A stretch of 62,480 nucleotides of DNA, filler included, from Basidiobolus meristosporus CBS 931.73 (lineage: Eukaryota > Fungi > Basidiobolomycota), in assembly GCA_002104905.1 (NCBI GenBank). It is 5 parts of 5 records of this genome, joined end to end, with 100 filler letters (N's around TTAATTAATTAA, not from the genome) between each part and the next. Parts side by side here need not be neighbours in the genome. Positions count along the whole stretch, not along the records: positions 1 to 18,118 come from MCFE01001071.1; 4 more parts are not named here. One strand, given 5' to 3'. Positions 1 to 11,145 of this stretch are shown here, piece by piece. Numbering within the stretch: the first letter of the stretch is position 1; each line of letters opens with the position of its first letter. The notes under the pieces were generated by a model. It was not told the origin of the DNA. It did not search any database and saw only the letters and a list, made by a program, of their open reading frames with translations. Made by a program: the position numbers and the translations under genes.

Positions 1-92
1 TACATGTCACACGAATTCAAAGAGAAGTTTCCCATAACGTAAGTATGTAACTATAAAAGCCGTAGTATGGAGCTCTGTTCTTCATTGCAATC

Positions 93-1013
93 ATGATTTT
101 GAAATTCACTACTATCGCTCTTCTTTCCCTTCAGTTCCTCGGTGCTAGTTCTAGCGACGTTCATTGGGGGGTAGGTCTTTTACACCTTGGGCCAAGAGAT
201 CGTTCAATCACTGACATGTTTGCTTTGTAGTATGATGGCCAGGACGGACCTGATAAGTGGGCCCTTTTGAGCCCTGAATTTGCAACCTGCAAAACAGGAA
301 AATACCAATCTCCCATCGACTTGACTCGCACTAGTGCCAAGATCATTACTGACAAGCCATTGAACATCCATTGGCCTAACCTTCGCACTCCTGGGCTAAA
401 TGTCACCAACAACGGACATACATTGCAAGTGAACCTCCCAAGCCATACCAACCTCACCATCGTTCGTGATGGCATCCCCTATCGTCTCGGCCAATTCCAC
501 ATCCACACCCCTTCCGAGCATCATGTTTTCGGAAAATACTTCGACATGGAGATCCACTTTGTCTTGAACAACGCCAAGCTTAACAAGAACCATGTGGTTG
601 GAATCGTATTCGAAGCTACCAGCAAGAGAAGTACCTTCTTGAACCAGATCAGTCAGACTGTAAGTAGACGGAGATATACAATGCTGCATGATTTCCCACA
701 CTAATCTTCTCTTTAGAGAAATATTCCCACAGAGGCCGGCCATTCTACCACCATTGCAAACATCGATTTCCACAGTCTCTTCAAGGAAGTTCAAAATGTG
801 AACGAATACTGGGCTTACGAGGGTAGTCTTACCACCCCTCCCTGCACTGTACGTATACCCTTTCCCCCGGTAAATGGTTTTCATTTCTGACAATCTTTCC
901 TTATGTAGGAGGGTGTTCGTTGGGCAGTAGCTCGTAAGGTTGCTCAGTTGAGCTGGTCACAGTTCCAGGCCCTTCGTAACGTGATCAAGTTCAACGCACG
1001 TAACGTTCAGTAA
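93..1013 (+). CDS. Secreted alpha-class carbonic anhydrase; 4 exons (93-170, 231-659, 717-848, 909-1013)
   Basis: Spliced translation: signal-like MILKFTTIALLSLQFLG, then HWG|YDGQDGPDKW, QSPID, NNGHT, Zn ligands QFHIHTPSEH...EIHFV, YEGSLTTPPCT|EGVRW, NARNVQ*. All three GT-AG introns keep frame. Confidence 0.92.
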
Positions 1014-1427
1014 ACAACATTAGCATGCACCAATGTTCCAGTTGGAGTTATAATTTAATCAATAGTATCACCAGTTCTTCATATTCAATAAAACCACGCA
1101 TCTCATCCTACGCATCATTCTACGCATTTCGTTAGATTGAAACATCTATATCTGCCGTTGATTGATTGTCATATGAGGGCTAAGTCCTAAGCCTAATTGG
1201 GCGAAATTATCCTGTATTTGACCCCAAACTTGCCTTATGTTTGCCACAGTTCTAATACTACGTAGTATTTTATATTGGCGCTTTCAACACGCATCTGAGA
1301 TTACTATGGAGGCTACGTGACTAAGAATATTATTAAGTAATATATGCATTCAGCTAGCAAACGTTTCAAGTCCATTATATAGCTAAAGTTGCTACTAGAG
1401 CCTTGAAAATTCTATTGGGATCACGTT

Positions 1428-1759
1428 TGTTGTAAGTATTGTAATTACACCTAAATATTCACCTAACTTAGTCACCTAGATCATAGTCTACAAATCCTAG
1501 AGAATTCTGACCAGATTCCTTGTCGGGATTTACTTTGAATATTTTCACCAAAACATCAAATATCTCAAAGTTGTCCAAACAGCCCCAAAACCTTGCACAC
1601 ATGTTCTTGGGACCTTCCTAAGCATTTTCTACACACTTGTTATGCCAATATCATGCAAAAGTATAAATACTACTTTTACATTCAATAAATCATCAAGTGA
1701 AAACCACATGATCTACTTGTTCTCCCAATCACTTCCAATGTCCGCAAAACTCTATAACA
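1428..1759 (+). mobile_element. Solo LTR, copia-associated family LTR-A (diverged)
   Basis: TGTTGTAAG...ATAACA termini; alignable by eye to the LTRs at 7086, 8874, 30984 and 36821. No matching TSD. Confidence 0.75.
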
Positions 1760-1859
1760 ATGCTTGTGTGTTACTTGTTAATGATTATAGAAGTCTTGGA
1801 TATTACCAAAGGCAATATTACTCAAGCCTTGCACGCAGCATCCTGGTTTTTATGTTGAC

Positions 1860-2168
1860 AATAAATCATTCACATTAACTTAGCCTGCGAGCTTTGTTAC
1901 TTTCTGACCGAAATCTCTGTCAGGTTTTACTTTGAATAGTCTCATCAAAATGTAGGTACCCAGAACATCAAAGTTTGTTAGGGTTCTTTAAGGCCCGGAG
2001 CCTTTCACCCATGCTCTTAGGACTTTCCTAAGCATATTGTACATGTTTATTTTGCCAGGATCATGTTAAAGTAGAAATCCCATTATAACATTCAAAAAAT
2101 CATCAAGTTAAAACCACAGAATCTACTTATTTTGCCAATCACTCCTAATATCCTTAAAATCCTCATGG
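1860..2168 (+). mobile_element. Highly diverged LTR-A remnant (approximate limits)
   Basis: Shares LTR-A motifs cccagaacat, aaaaccaca.aatctactt, ccaatcact. Confidence 0.5.
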
Positions 2169-2357
2169 CATCTGGGATGTCTGTAAATACTTTTGCTTTC
2201 AACTTTGATATGATTATTTGGTTTGGCATGGATTACTCACTTCTACATGCGCAGTTGCTTTACCGCAATTTGTTGTCTTTATTAGTCCTCAGAATTTAAC
2301 TTGCTCAAGTGATCTCAAGCTTCAATTTATACCAGTTATTTTCAAAAGCCATTAAAG

Positions 2358-2700
2358 GAGTTTGAAATATTGGAAGTGACTGGGAGAACAAGTAGACTAA
2401 GAGGTTTTCATGTAATAATATATTAAATGTAGAAGTAGAATTAACACTTCAATACAATCTTAGCATAACTAACACATAGAATATATTAAGGAAGGCCCCA
2501 AGAACATGTGCACAGATTTTGGGCTCTTTAGACAACTCTAAGATCTTTGATGTTCTGGATACATGATATTTTGGTGAAAAAATTCAAAGTAAATCCTAAC
2601 CAGGAGTTTGGCCAGAATTCTCTAAGGATTACAGAGCATGATCCAAGTGACTAACCCTAAGTTAAGTCAATATTTAGGTGTAATTACAGAATTTACAACA
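2358..2700 (-). mobile_element. Diverged LTR-A remnant, reverse orientation (approximate left limit)
   Basis: atattggaagtgactgggagaacaagtaga...tatttaggtgtaattacagaatttacaaca matches the reverse complement of LTR-A. Confidence 0.65.
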
Positions 2701-3560
2701 AAAGCTTCCCCTAAAAGAGTCAATGTACTGTTTGTTGTGATTGTTTAACTTACATCTAAATTATTGATGTATTCAAAGTTGCTATTTAGCTGATTGCCAA
2801 CTTTTAGAATAGCTGCATGGGATCTGATTTGTGCAATATTGGCTATCCGCTGAAGTCCTGAATGTAGGCAAAGTTTTCAGACCCATTCAAAAGACTCCAA
2901 GCTTTGTATATAGCTTTCTGAGACTATTTTTGAGCCCCAATTATTCTTAGTTTTATGAAGCTCTTCTAAATATGTTCAAATGTCACTTGATTTCTACAAA
3001 GCAGTTAAGCAATTATTTTGGTTCACCAGATCCCTTTCAATACCCCCAGGATTTTTTTGTGCGGAGTAGGTATCTTGCATACTTTCTAGCACTCAAATAA
3101 AAGTATAAAGCGTAGAACATGGTGTGGCATGAACTAGAATTATTTTCCAAGCCCCAAATTCAATTTCTATGTCCACTCATGGGGAATAAACGCGCACTAC
3201 GTAAATTAGCCATGACAACAATGCTGATTAATTCGGTGTTGTGGCTTTCTGACCAATTGTCGCTAATCAGGGGTGCGAGTCAGGGTGCGAGGAATCATGT
3301 TGCGGATTGAGTGGCATCCCGAAAATTCCTAAATAGTGCCATCCTCACTAGAGTTTTGCTTGCATAGATCTCTTGATATTACGGAGGTCGGCGTTCACTC
3401 TTTGCCCGCTAACCATGTTTTTTGTTGATTGGATGAATCCCAGACATGAGCAACCCTATCACGCCTTATCCATTTCCAATTTTGGTATATCGGTCACAGC
3501 TCACAACCAATTCGGCGCCGAACCACGGCCGTTAACAAGAGCGATCCCGAGGTTTGGTAG

Positions 3561-3645
3561 AGATCTTCCAGTACGCTTACCCTTAGATCTTCCAGTACGC
3601 CTTTCCAGTACGCTTACCCTTAGATCTTCCAATACGCTTTACCCA
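3561..3645. repeat. Short tandem repeat upstream of the MFS gene; core TTCCARTACGC x4 within a ~24-bp unit
   Basis: AGATCTTCCAGTACGCTTACCCTT repeated with small variants, just upstream of TATAAAA at 3664. Confidence 0.8.
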
Positions 3646-3706
3646 ATTTGGGAGCTCTACTTGTATAAAAGGATGGGATCGGGCGTTTGGCTACCCAGAA
3701 TCAACA

Positions 3707-5514
3707 ATGAATAACGAATCAGCCTCGACGCTGGCAGAAGCCAAAGGGGATTTAGAAAAAAATGTTGCCAAAGTAACTTCCCCTACGGAGATGCCGTTTT
3801 CCAAACTCTTATTAGTCTTTCTTGGTCTTGCATTATCCATCTTGTTGGCTGGCTTGGATCAGACCATTGTAGCAACTGCACTGCCCAAGATCGCCTCGGA
3901 TTTCGGTGCTTTCGATCAAATTGCTTGGGTGGCCACTGCATACATGTTAACTGCCACTGCTTGCCAACCGCTGTATGGAAAGGTATGCTCCGATGTGTAT
4001 CCCAGCTTCCCTAAACCGCGTTGTTCTAACACTCCAGCCAGTTCTCCGATATATTCGGTCGTAAGGCTGCTTTCCTATTCGCCATCGTCATCTTTGAAGT
4101 TGGGAGTGCTATTTGTGGATCTTCACAAAACATGACGATGCTCATCATCGCAAGAGCAATCGCCGGTATCGGTGGCGGTGGGAGTAAGTGAGCCGAAGCC
4201 ACACTAAACTCACAGCATTCTGGAGCTAACCGTTTCCTCAGTTCAAGGAATGGTGTTCATCATCATCACCGAGATTGTCCCGATCCGGGAGCGCGGAAAA
4301 TACCAGGGATTCATCGGAGCAACAGTAAGTGCAATTCGTTGTTCGCCCCAATCGCTCCTTTGCTAATAAGGTTAATCGCAGTATGGTATTTCATCGGTGC
4401 TTGGCCCTCTTTTGGGTGGCGTTTTTACGGACGATAGTACCTGGAGGTAAGCCCCGGATACGCTAGTCTAGAAGACAAACTCCATTTATTCATACAGCGT
4501 GCTGTTTCTAGATGGTCCTTCTATATCAACCTTCCGATTGGCGCCCTTACCGTCGTTATAGTCACCCTGTATCTTCATCTTCCAGCCGCTAAAGGCTCTC
4601 TGAAAGAGAAGATCATGCGAATTGATTTCCTAGGAACCGTACTGCTCCTGGGCTTCATCATCACCCTCCTGCTGCCCACACAATGGGGTGGTAACACTTA
4701 CGCTTGGACTTCACCCAAGATCATTGCACTCTACTGTGTCTCTGGAGTGCTCTTGATTGCTTTCATCGTTGTCGAGTATCGATTTGCTGCGGAGCCTATT
4801 GTCCCCTGTCGCCTGTTCTCCATGCGTACTCCGTTGTTTACGTTCATCACCATGTTCTTCTTTGGGATGGCTTTTTTCGGCTTGATCTACTACATTCCGC
4901 TATACTTCCAGATTGTGCGTGGAGATTCGGCGACCACCTCTGGGCTTGAAATGCTGCCTATGATGCTATCGGTCTCTGCATTAAGCATCATTTCTGGTTT
5001 GATCGTCTCGAAAACCGGGGTAATTGTGATCTGGTGCTGGGCTGGATCGGCCATCATGACAGTCGGAGTGGGATTGCTGACAGTCTGGAATGCGGAAACA
5101 AGCCGAGGAGAACAGATCGGCTTCTTGCTTGTCTTGGGTGTGGGCGCTGGTTGCTGCATACAAACCTTGATTTTTGCGGGGCAGGCATCGGTCACACCGA
5201 AAGATATGGGGGTGGTGACTGCTTTGTCAACGTTCTTCCGCACCATTGGAGGAGTTCTTGGGATTGCCATCTTTGGCGCGTTGTTCAACAATAAGCTAAG
5301 TACCGGACTGGAGCATCTGGATTTCCATGTTCCCATCAAAGAGGCAACGAGTAATTTCGAATTTTTGAACACACTTCCGGCCGAAGAGAGGCGAACTGTA
5401 ATCGATGTCTACGTTCACACCCTACGTATTGTGTTTATCATCGCCATTGGCATGTCCGGCGCTGCATTCCTATTCTCGTGGGGCATCAAGTACCTCAAGA
5501 TGCAAAAGCGTTAA
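3707..5514 (+). CDS. Multi-exon MFS drug:H+ antiporter (DHA2, 14-TMS type)
   Basis: LDQTIVATALPKIASDF, W..TAYML, QPLYGK|FSDIFGRK (intron 3983-4041), IIARAIAGIGGGG, RGKYQG, FYINLPIG, IDFLG, FFRTIGGVLG. Confidence 0.92.
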
Positions 5515-5828
5515 GCCTCTCTGAATGTAAGATAAGTACTCAACTCCAAGATACGTCACTTGGTATCACTAGCCAAATAACGTCACTTAATACGGACCTC
5601 TTCACTAGTCAAATAATTTGTACAATAAATCCATTAATTACACTACAGTCAAGGTACAATGATGTAAACCTTTGATAAAATTCCAAAAACTTGGATTGGT
5701 AAGGGTAATTGCTGAGTATTACTTCATTTCTTGTTGCTGACAAATCCCATCGATATTGATTCAGTTATTCAAGCCTCTGTTCTTAAAAAGCTTTTCTTTT
5801 CAACGACAACGTCCATTCCTTCTCCACT

Positions 5829-6903
5829 ATGCCAGATATCCAAGACGTCATCTTGGTAATTCTCTCTTGGAAAAACCCTACTTGCACAGGCTAATTCCTC
5901 TTTTCGTAGCACTTTTATCCCGAGTCTCCCTTCAGCCAAAAATTAGCTTGGTTACTAAACTACAAGAGGGTTGAATACAAGGTCGTCGTTATCTCTCACT
6001 TAGAACCACGTCCTCTTCGTCGTCCTTTGGATGGTGGTTACAGAAAATCTCCTGTTTTGCAAATTGGTAACCACACCTATTGTGACACCAAGGCAGCTAT
6101 CATAGCTCTTGAAAAGAGGTTAGTTCCAGTAATAGCGTAACGTTTCTGCTGTACATTATCTGAGCCTAAATTATAGCTTCCCAGAACCAAGTTTCTATCC
6201 TAAGCTTGGCAACTCCGAGGAAAGCTCTGAAGGCCTTGCCAGAGCTTTCACAATGTGGGTTGACAATACTCTTTTCTTCAATATTGTCTCACAATTGCAT
6301 GATGTCGCACTTAAGGATGATGCCTTCATGAAAGATCGCTCCGCCTTTGCCGATCGCAAACTTGATCCCAAAACTATATCGGCTGGAAAGCCATATATGA
6401 AGGCTGCTCTTCAAGGGGAATTTGCTATTGCTGAGCGAGCTTTGGGAGACAAGGCTTGGGTCTTAAATACCGAGTCACTTTCCCTTGCTGATGTTAGTTT
6501 GGCCATGGCTACGTTCTTTTTGTTAAACCAAGTTGGTGAAGACTGGGTCAAAACAAACCTAAAACCGGAATATGAGCATATGGAGAAGACTCTGGGTGCT
6601 GTCAACTGGGACAGAACCGATTCAATGCCTAAGATTACTCCAGAAGAAGCCATCGAAGTTCTACAGAGATATCAAGATAAGGAAGTTGGCGAGGAATTCA
6701 AAATTCATAACTCGGTTCTCCCAATTTCGCTGGGACAACAAGTCTCAGTTACCCCTTTAGACACTGGTAAAGTTCCTGTTACTGGTACTTTGGTTAGGAG
6801 TACTATTGAAGAAAATGTTATTGCTTACAAGGATGACACCTACAATACAATCACTTATATACATTTCCCTACCATTGGATATGTTGTTGTTCCTGCCAAT
6901 TAA
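5829..6903 (+). CDS. Glutathione S-transferase-like protein (GST_N plus C-terminal domain), 3 exons
   Basis: MPDIQDVIL|HFYPESPFSQKLAWLLNYK...GGYRKSPVLQIGNHTYCDT...LEKR|FPEPSFYP joins the track ORF 6253-6903 (SLADVSL, HFPTIGY). Confidence 0.8.
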
Positions 6904-7085
6904 GCCATATGTTAAAGCCATACGGGTAAGTTCATGACTGTATGTGTGGATTGCCACTGCTAATGTTCAATAAATCATCCAGTTGTTTTTCCATCATTAA
7001 CACAATATAGAGCTGTGACCTTGTGCTTAGTTTCTTATCCAAGACTGGAGTGACCAGAGAACATATTCATTGCTAGTGAGCCTAG

Positions 7086-8151
7086 TGTTGTAAAATTTGG
7101 AGTTCCACCTAAATATTCACCTAACTTGGCTACTTAGATCATTACCTTCAAATACTAGAGAATATTCACCAAATTCCTTGTTGGGATTTACTTTGAATAT
7201 TTACCCAGAACATGAAAATTAGATAAGTTGTCCAAACAGCCCCAAAATTTGCTCACATGTTCTTGGGACCATCCTAAACCTATTTTACATGTTTGTTATG
7301 CCAAGACTATGTAAAAGTATAAATACTACTTTAACATCCAATAAATTATTAAGTGAAAACTACATAATCTACTTGTTCTCCCACTTCCAGTATCTCCAAG
7401 ACACTTACCACAGGATATGAGCCCCAGACTGTCACTCTCTGCAATGTCTACTACTGCTATTACTGGAATTTTTCCCTCTGCTGAAAAGTTGAATGGATCA
7501 AATACCAAGTGTGGAAGGTTAAGATGAAGATGCTGCTACAAGAAAAAGGCCTTTTGGATATCATCATGGGAAAAGAATGCCCTTCTAAAAATGTGGGAGA
7601 GGAAGTCTTAAAGTACCAGAAGAAATAACAAAGTGCCTTTAACTGCATTTGCCCTAATGTTCAAGACAAATTGCTTATTCAATGCTCAAGAGCAAAAACC
7701 GCAAAGAATGCCAGGAAGGCATTTGAAGACACATATCAGTCATGTTCAGCTGCTAAGACAATGTATCTAAGACAAAAACTCTCAATTACAAAGATGCTAC
7801 CAGGAAAAGTAATGAATTAACAGAATTATCCTGCAGGTGGATGAGCTGGATTCTGTGGCATACCAACAACTGATGAAGGTGTGATAGTTACCATCTTGAA
7901 TAGCCTGACAGACAGGTTACAGGGCCTTGTAGCAGCCCTAGAGTTCAGAACTGAAGATTTGACCTTAAATTATGTACATAGAAGGCTCCTAGATGAAGAA
8001 TTAGGAAAATCAAACACCAATAACAAGGAAGAAGAAAATGCTCTAGTAAGCAATGATAACTAGTAAAGGAGATACCCAAGACCTTTCAAAGGCAATAACA
8101 GCTTGTTTTGCAACCAATGCAAAAGGAAAGAACACACATTAGACCAGTGCC
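7086..8151 (+). mobile_element. 5' fragment of a Ty1/copia element: LTR-A 7086-7412, PBS-like GGATATGAGCCCC, degenerate gag truncated at the zinc knuckle
   Basis: Gag motifs EKLNGSN..WKVKMKMLLQEKGL (frameshifted) and CNQCKRKEHTLDQC, directly followed by TAGGGTTAGGG. Confidence 0.82.
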
Positions 8152-9822
8152 TAGGGTTAGGGGGGGGGAGACAGTCACCACCAGGTGAAATCTTTATTTC
8201 AGTTGAAACAAAGAAGCCAGTGCTACTGTTGTAGCTTTGATACAAGAGTGTGTAGCTGAGTGGAATTTGTAGGTAAGTGAATCAGGAGAGATGATAGTTC
8301 TTGCATACTCAAGACACTGTTCAGTGGGAAGGGGGGTAGCAAGAGAGGTAAGAATGATTGGTGAACAACATTGATAAGGGGAATGTGATAAGGATAGATA
8401 CTTATCATAAAGGGAGTGTGCTGCTTCCAATATTGCTGCCAAAGGTCTGTCAAGTACTTCAGGTAGACCAGCTTGGGTTTTTCTGACTGCAGAATATAGT
8501 GAGCAAACTTCTTGACTTCAGGATCTCCAAGTATAGTTCACCAGCAGGAGCCAGGTGTAGTGTGGTGTGATCTCTTACAGGTCTTGATCAGTGGATTGTT
8601 GCAATAGTGAAGTCTGAGATATAATCTGGCTCTAAGATAGTGTAGTCTGATCTTATAGGGCATAAACCCAAAAGCACCAAGAATAACATGTCTGTAGGGG
8701 CATTCTGGCATATGAGGCACCAGGGAGGTAATGCACTAGACTGCCAACTTGTCAAGCTTAGTGCAGTCTCTAGAAGTAAGAGACAGAAGTGGTAAGCCAA
8801 ATTCCAGGACAGAGAAGACAAGCTGCTTCAGTAGAAAGAGGCAGCTGGGAGCTGAAGTTGTAGGAGGAGTAACTGTTGTAAGAGTCTTGGAGATATTGGA
8901 AGTGATTGGGAGAACAAGTAGATTATGTTGTTTTCACTTAATGACTTATTGAATGTAAAAGTAGTATGTATACTTTTACCTGGTCTTGACATTACAAACA
9001 CGTAGAATAGGTTAGGGAAGGTCCCAAGAACATGTGTGCAAAGTTTGGGGCTGTTTGGACAACTTTGAGAATTTTCATGTTCTGGGTACCTGGCATCTTG
9101 GTGATAATATTCCAAGGAAATCCAAACAAGGAATTTGGTCAGTATTCTCTAGGACTTGAAGGCGATGATCTAAGTGACTAAGTTAGGTGAATATTTAGGT
9201 GGAAATACAAATTTTTACAACAGTAACAGCCAGTAGCTTGTGGAGTCCCTGTCTTGCCAGGATAATTCTCTTCTTCAGGTGTGCCCCAGAGTCTCATCCA
9301 GTAACAGGGAAAGGAAAGCCAAGATATGTAGCAGAGACCTGAGCAGGTAGAGTGCAGTTCTCTAAGTTGCTAGGACAACCCAAAGGTACTGTCTTTACAA
9401 TGGAAAGCTGGAGATTACTCTTCTGCAGATACTGGTTAATGGCCTGGGAGTCTTGTTGCACATTGGAGAAGGATATTCTGATGCCATCAGCAAAGAGAGT
9501 AACCAGGCAGTCAGCTGAGAGTCTTGGGAAGTCATTTAGGAAGATGGCAAACAGTATAGGACCAAGCACAGAGCCTTAAGCCACTCCATTAGGAGCTGAG
9601 AATGCAGCTGATTGCTCACTTGGGTGCAGAATTCTTTTTTGTGCATCCAGAAACAGAGACCTGACAAGGAGGGTAAGAGAGGTACTGGAGAAGCATTGAA
9701 GCTTGGACCATAGCAGAATTCTGTCAAATGAATCAAAGGCCTTAGTAATATCAAACAGAACAGAGGGATACTTGCACTGTAGACATTGAACTTGACTCAG
9801 TATGACTACATATTCCAAGGAG
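8152..9822 (-). mobile_element. Telomeric LINE family A, degenerate 5'-truncated copy interrupted by a solo LTR
   Basis: Colinear with the 3' part of 13496-16936; carries stops and indels. Starts at TAGGGTTAG(G)n-AGACAGTCACC...GGTGAAATCTTTATTT. Left limit exact, right limit approximate. Confidence 0.88.
8874..9222 (-). mobile_element. Solo LTR-A inserted in LINE A with 5-bp TSD GTAAC
   Basis: TGTTGTAA...TTACAACA termini with GTAAC on both sides; the empty site GGAGTAACAGCC is seen in the intact copy near 14205. Confidence 0.92.
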
Positions 9823-10253
9823 TGTAATGAATAGACACAAGGCAGGAGAGTAGGGCTAGGCAAGGCAGGACCAGGAAAGGACTTAGGTGTGGATCAACAA
9901 GGCAAGGCATGTTTCCAAGGCAAGGTAGATTTCCAAGGGAAGGCTGTATATTCAAGACCTGTGTTTATCAGACTGAGCAATATATAAGGGGGGATATGAC
10001 TATATATACTTTTTGGCAATATGGATGCCACAAGATATTGGCTAACACTGATGGGATTCTGGGGTGAGGCACAGTAAGTGTGCCAAGATAGAAATATACT
10101 AAAGAACAAACTAGAATATCACATGGGGATATGTCAGGGGTTGGCTGATCATGTCACCTGGTCATATGACATGTAATTACCATATAGGGTAAGGCACTAC
10201 ATAAATTCCAGTGGGAAGCTTCCATACAGTGTTCCATTGTGTAATGTTGACTT

Positions 10254-10465
10254 GGGGGTTAGGGGGAGGGAAAGTCACTAAGTTGGTGAAATCTTTATTT
10301 GAGTCAAGAACTAATCTAAGTACAAATAAAGAAGCCAATTAAGAAGTCTAGAACCTCCCTAATAAGTAATCTAATTAATGTTTTGTTTCATCTTTAGTGT
10401 TTGTTTCTATTAAGTAATAATCATTGGGGATAAGTATAAAACTCACAGGTTTTATGGGAAGTACA
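10254..10465 (-). mobile_element. Telomeric LINE family B, 3'-terminal fragment
   Basis: Matches the 3' end of 11146-13495, including the tail motif after GGGGGTTAGGGGG. Confidence 0.85.
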
Positions 10466-10564
10466 AGGGTTTGGGGGAGGAAAGTCACCAAGTGGTGAAA
10501 TCTTTATTTACTTATGTCAAGTATCTAAAGAAGCCAAGTTAATCTGAAGTTATTCCTAGAAAGC
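10466..10564 (-). mobile_element. Non-coding family C, 3'-terminal fragment
   Basis: Near-identical to the start of 41409-41822 and 41823-42247. Confidence 0.85.
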
Positions 10565-10606
10565 TAGGGTTAGGGGATCAAAAGTCACCAAGTTGGTGAA
10601 ATCTTT
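10565..10606 (-). mobile_element. Micro-unit: telomeric seed plus tail hairpin only
   Basis: TAGGGTTAGGGGATCAAAAGTCACCAAGTTGGTGAAATCTTT, then the next junction. Confidence 0.7.
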
Positions 10607-11027
10607 AGGGGGAGACAGTCACCAACAGGTGAAATCTTTATTTCTGTTGAAACAAAGAAGCCAGCGCTACTGTTGTACCTTTGATACAAGAGTGTGTAGC
10701 TGAGGGGAATTTGTAGGTAAGTTAATAAGAAGTGATGATAGCTCTTCAGTGCTCAAGACACTGTTCAGTGGGAAGGGGGGTAGCAAGAGAGGTAAGAATG
10801 ACTTGTGAACAACATCAATGAGGGGAATGTGATAAGGATTGATATTCATCATAAAGGGAGTGTGCTGCTGCAGATATTGCTGCCAAAGGTCTGTCAAGTA
10901 CTTCAGGTAGGCCAGCTTGGGTTTTTCTGACTGCAGAATAAATTGAGCAAACTTCTTGACTTCAGGATCTCCAAGTATAGTTCTCCAGCAAGAGTCAGGT
11001 GTAGTGTGGTGTGTTCTCTTCCAGGAC
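10604..11027 (-). mobile_element. Telomeric LINE family A, 3'-terminal fragment
   Basis: Near-identical to ~13500-13920. Confidence 0.88.
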
Positions 11028-11145
11028 TTAGGGGGAGATGTTGTGTTGTATTATGATTAGTTTGGGGCTTGTTCTACAATGTAGAGGCTAATCAACAGTA
11101 TACAACAACTTCTGGTATGCTAATGCTGAAATAGTTTATTGGGAG

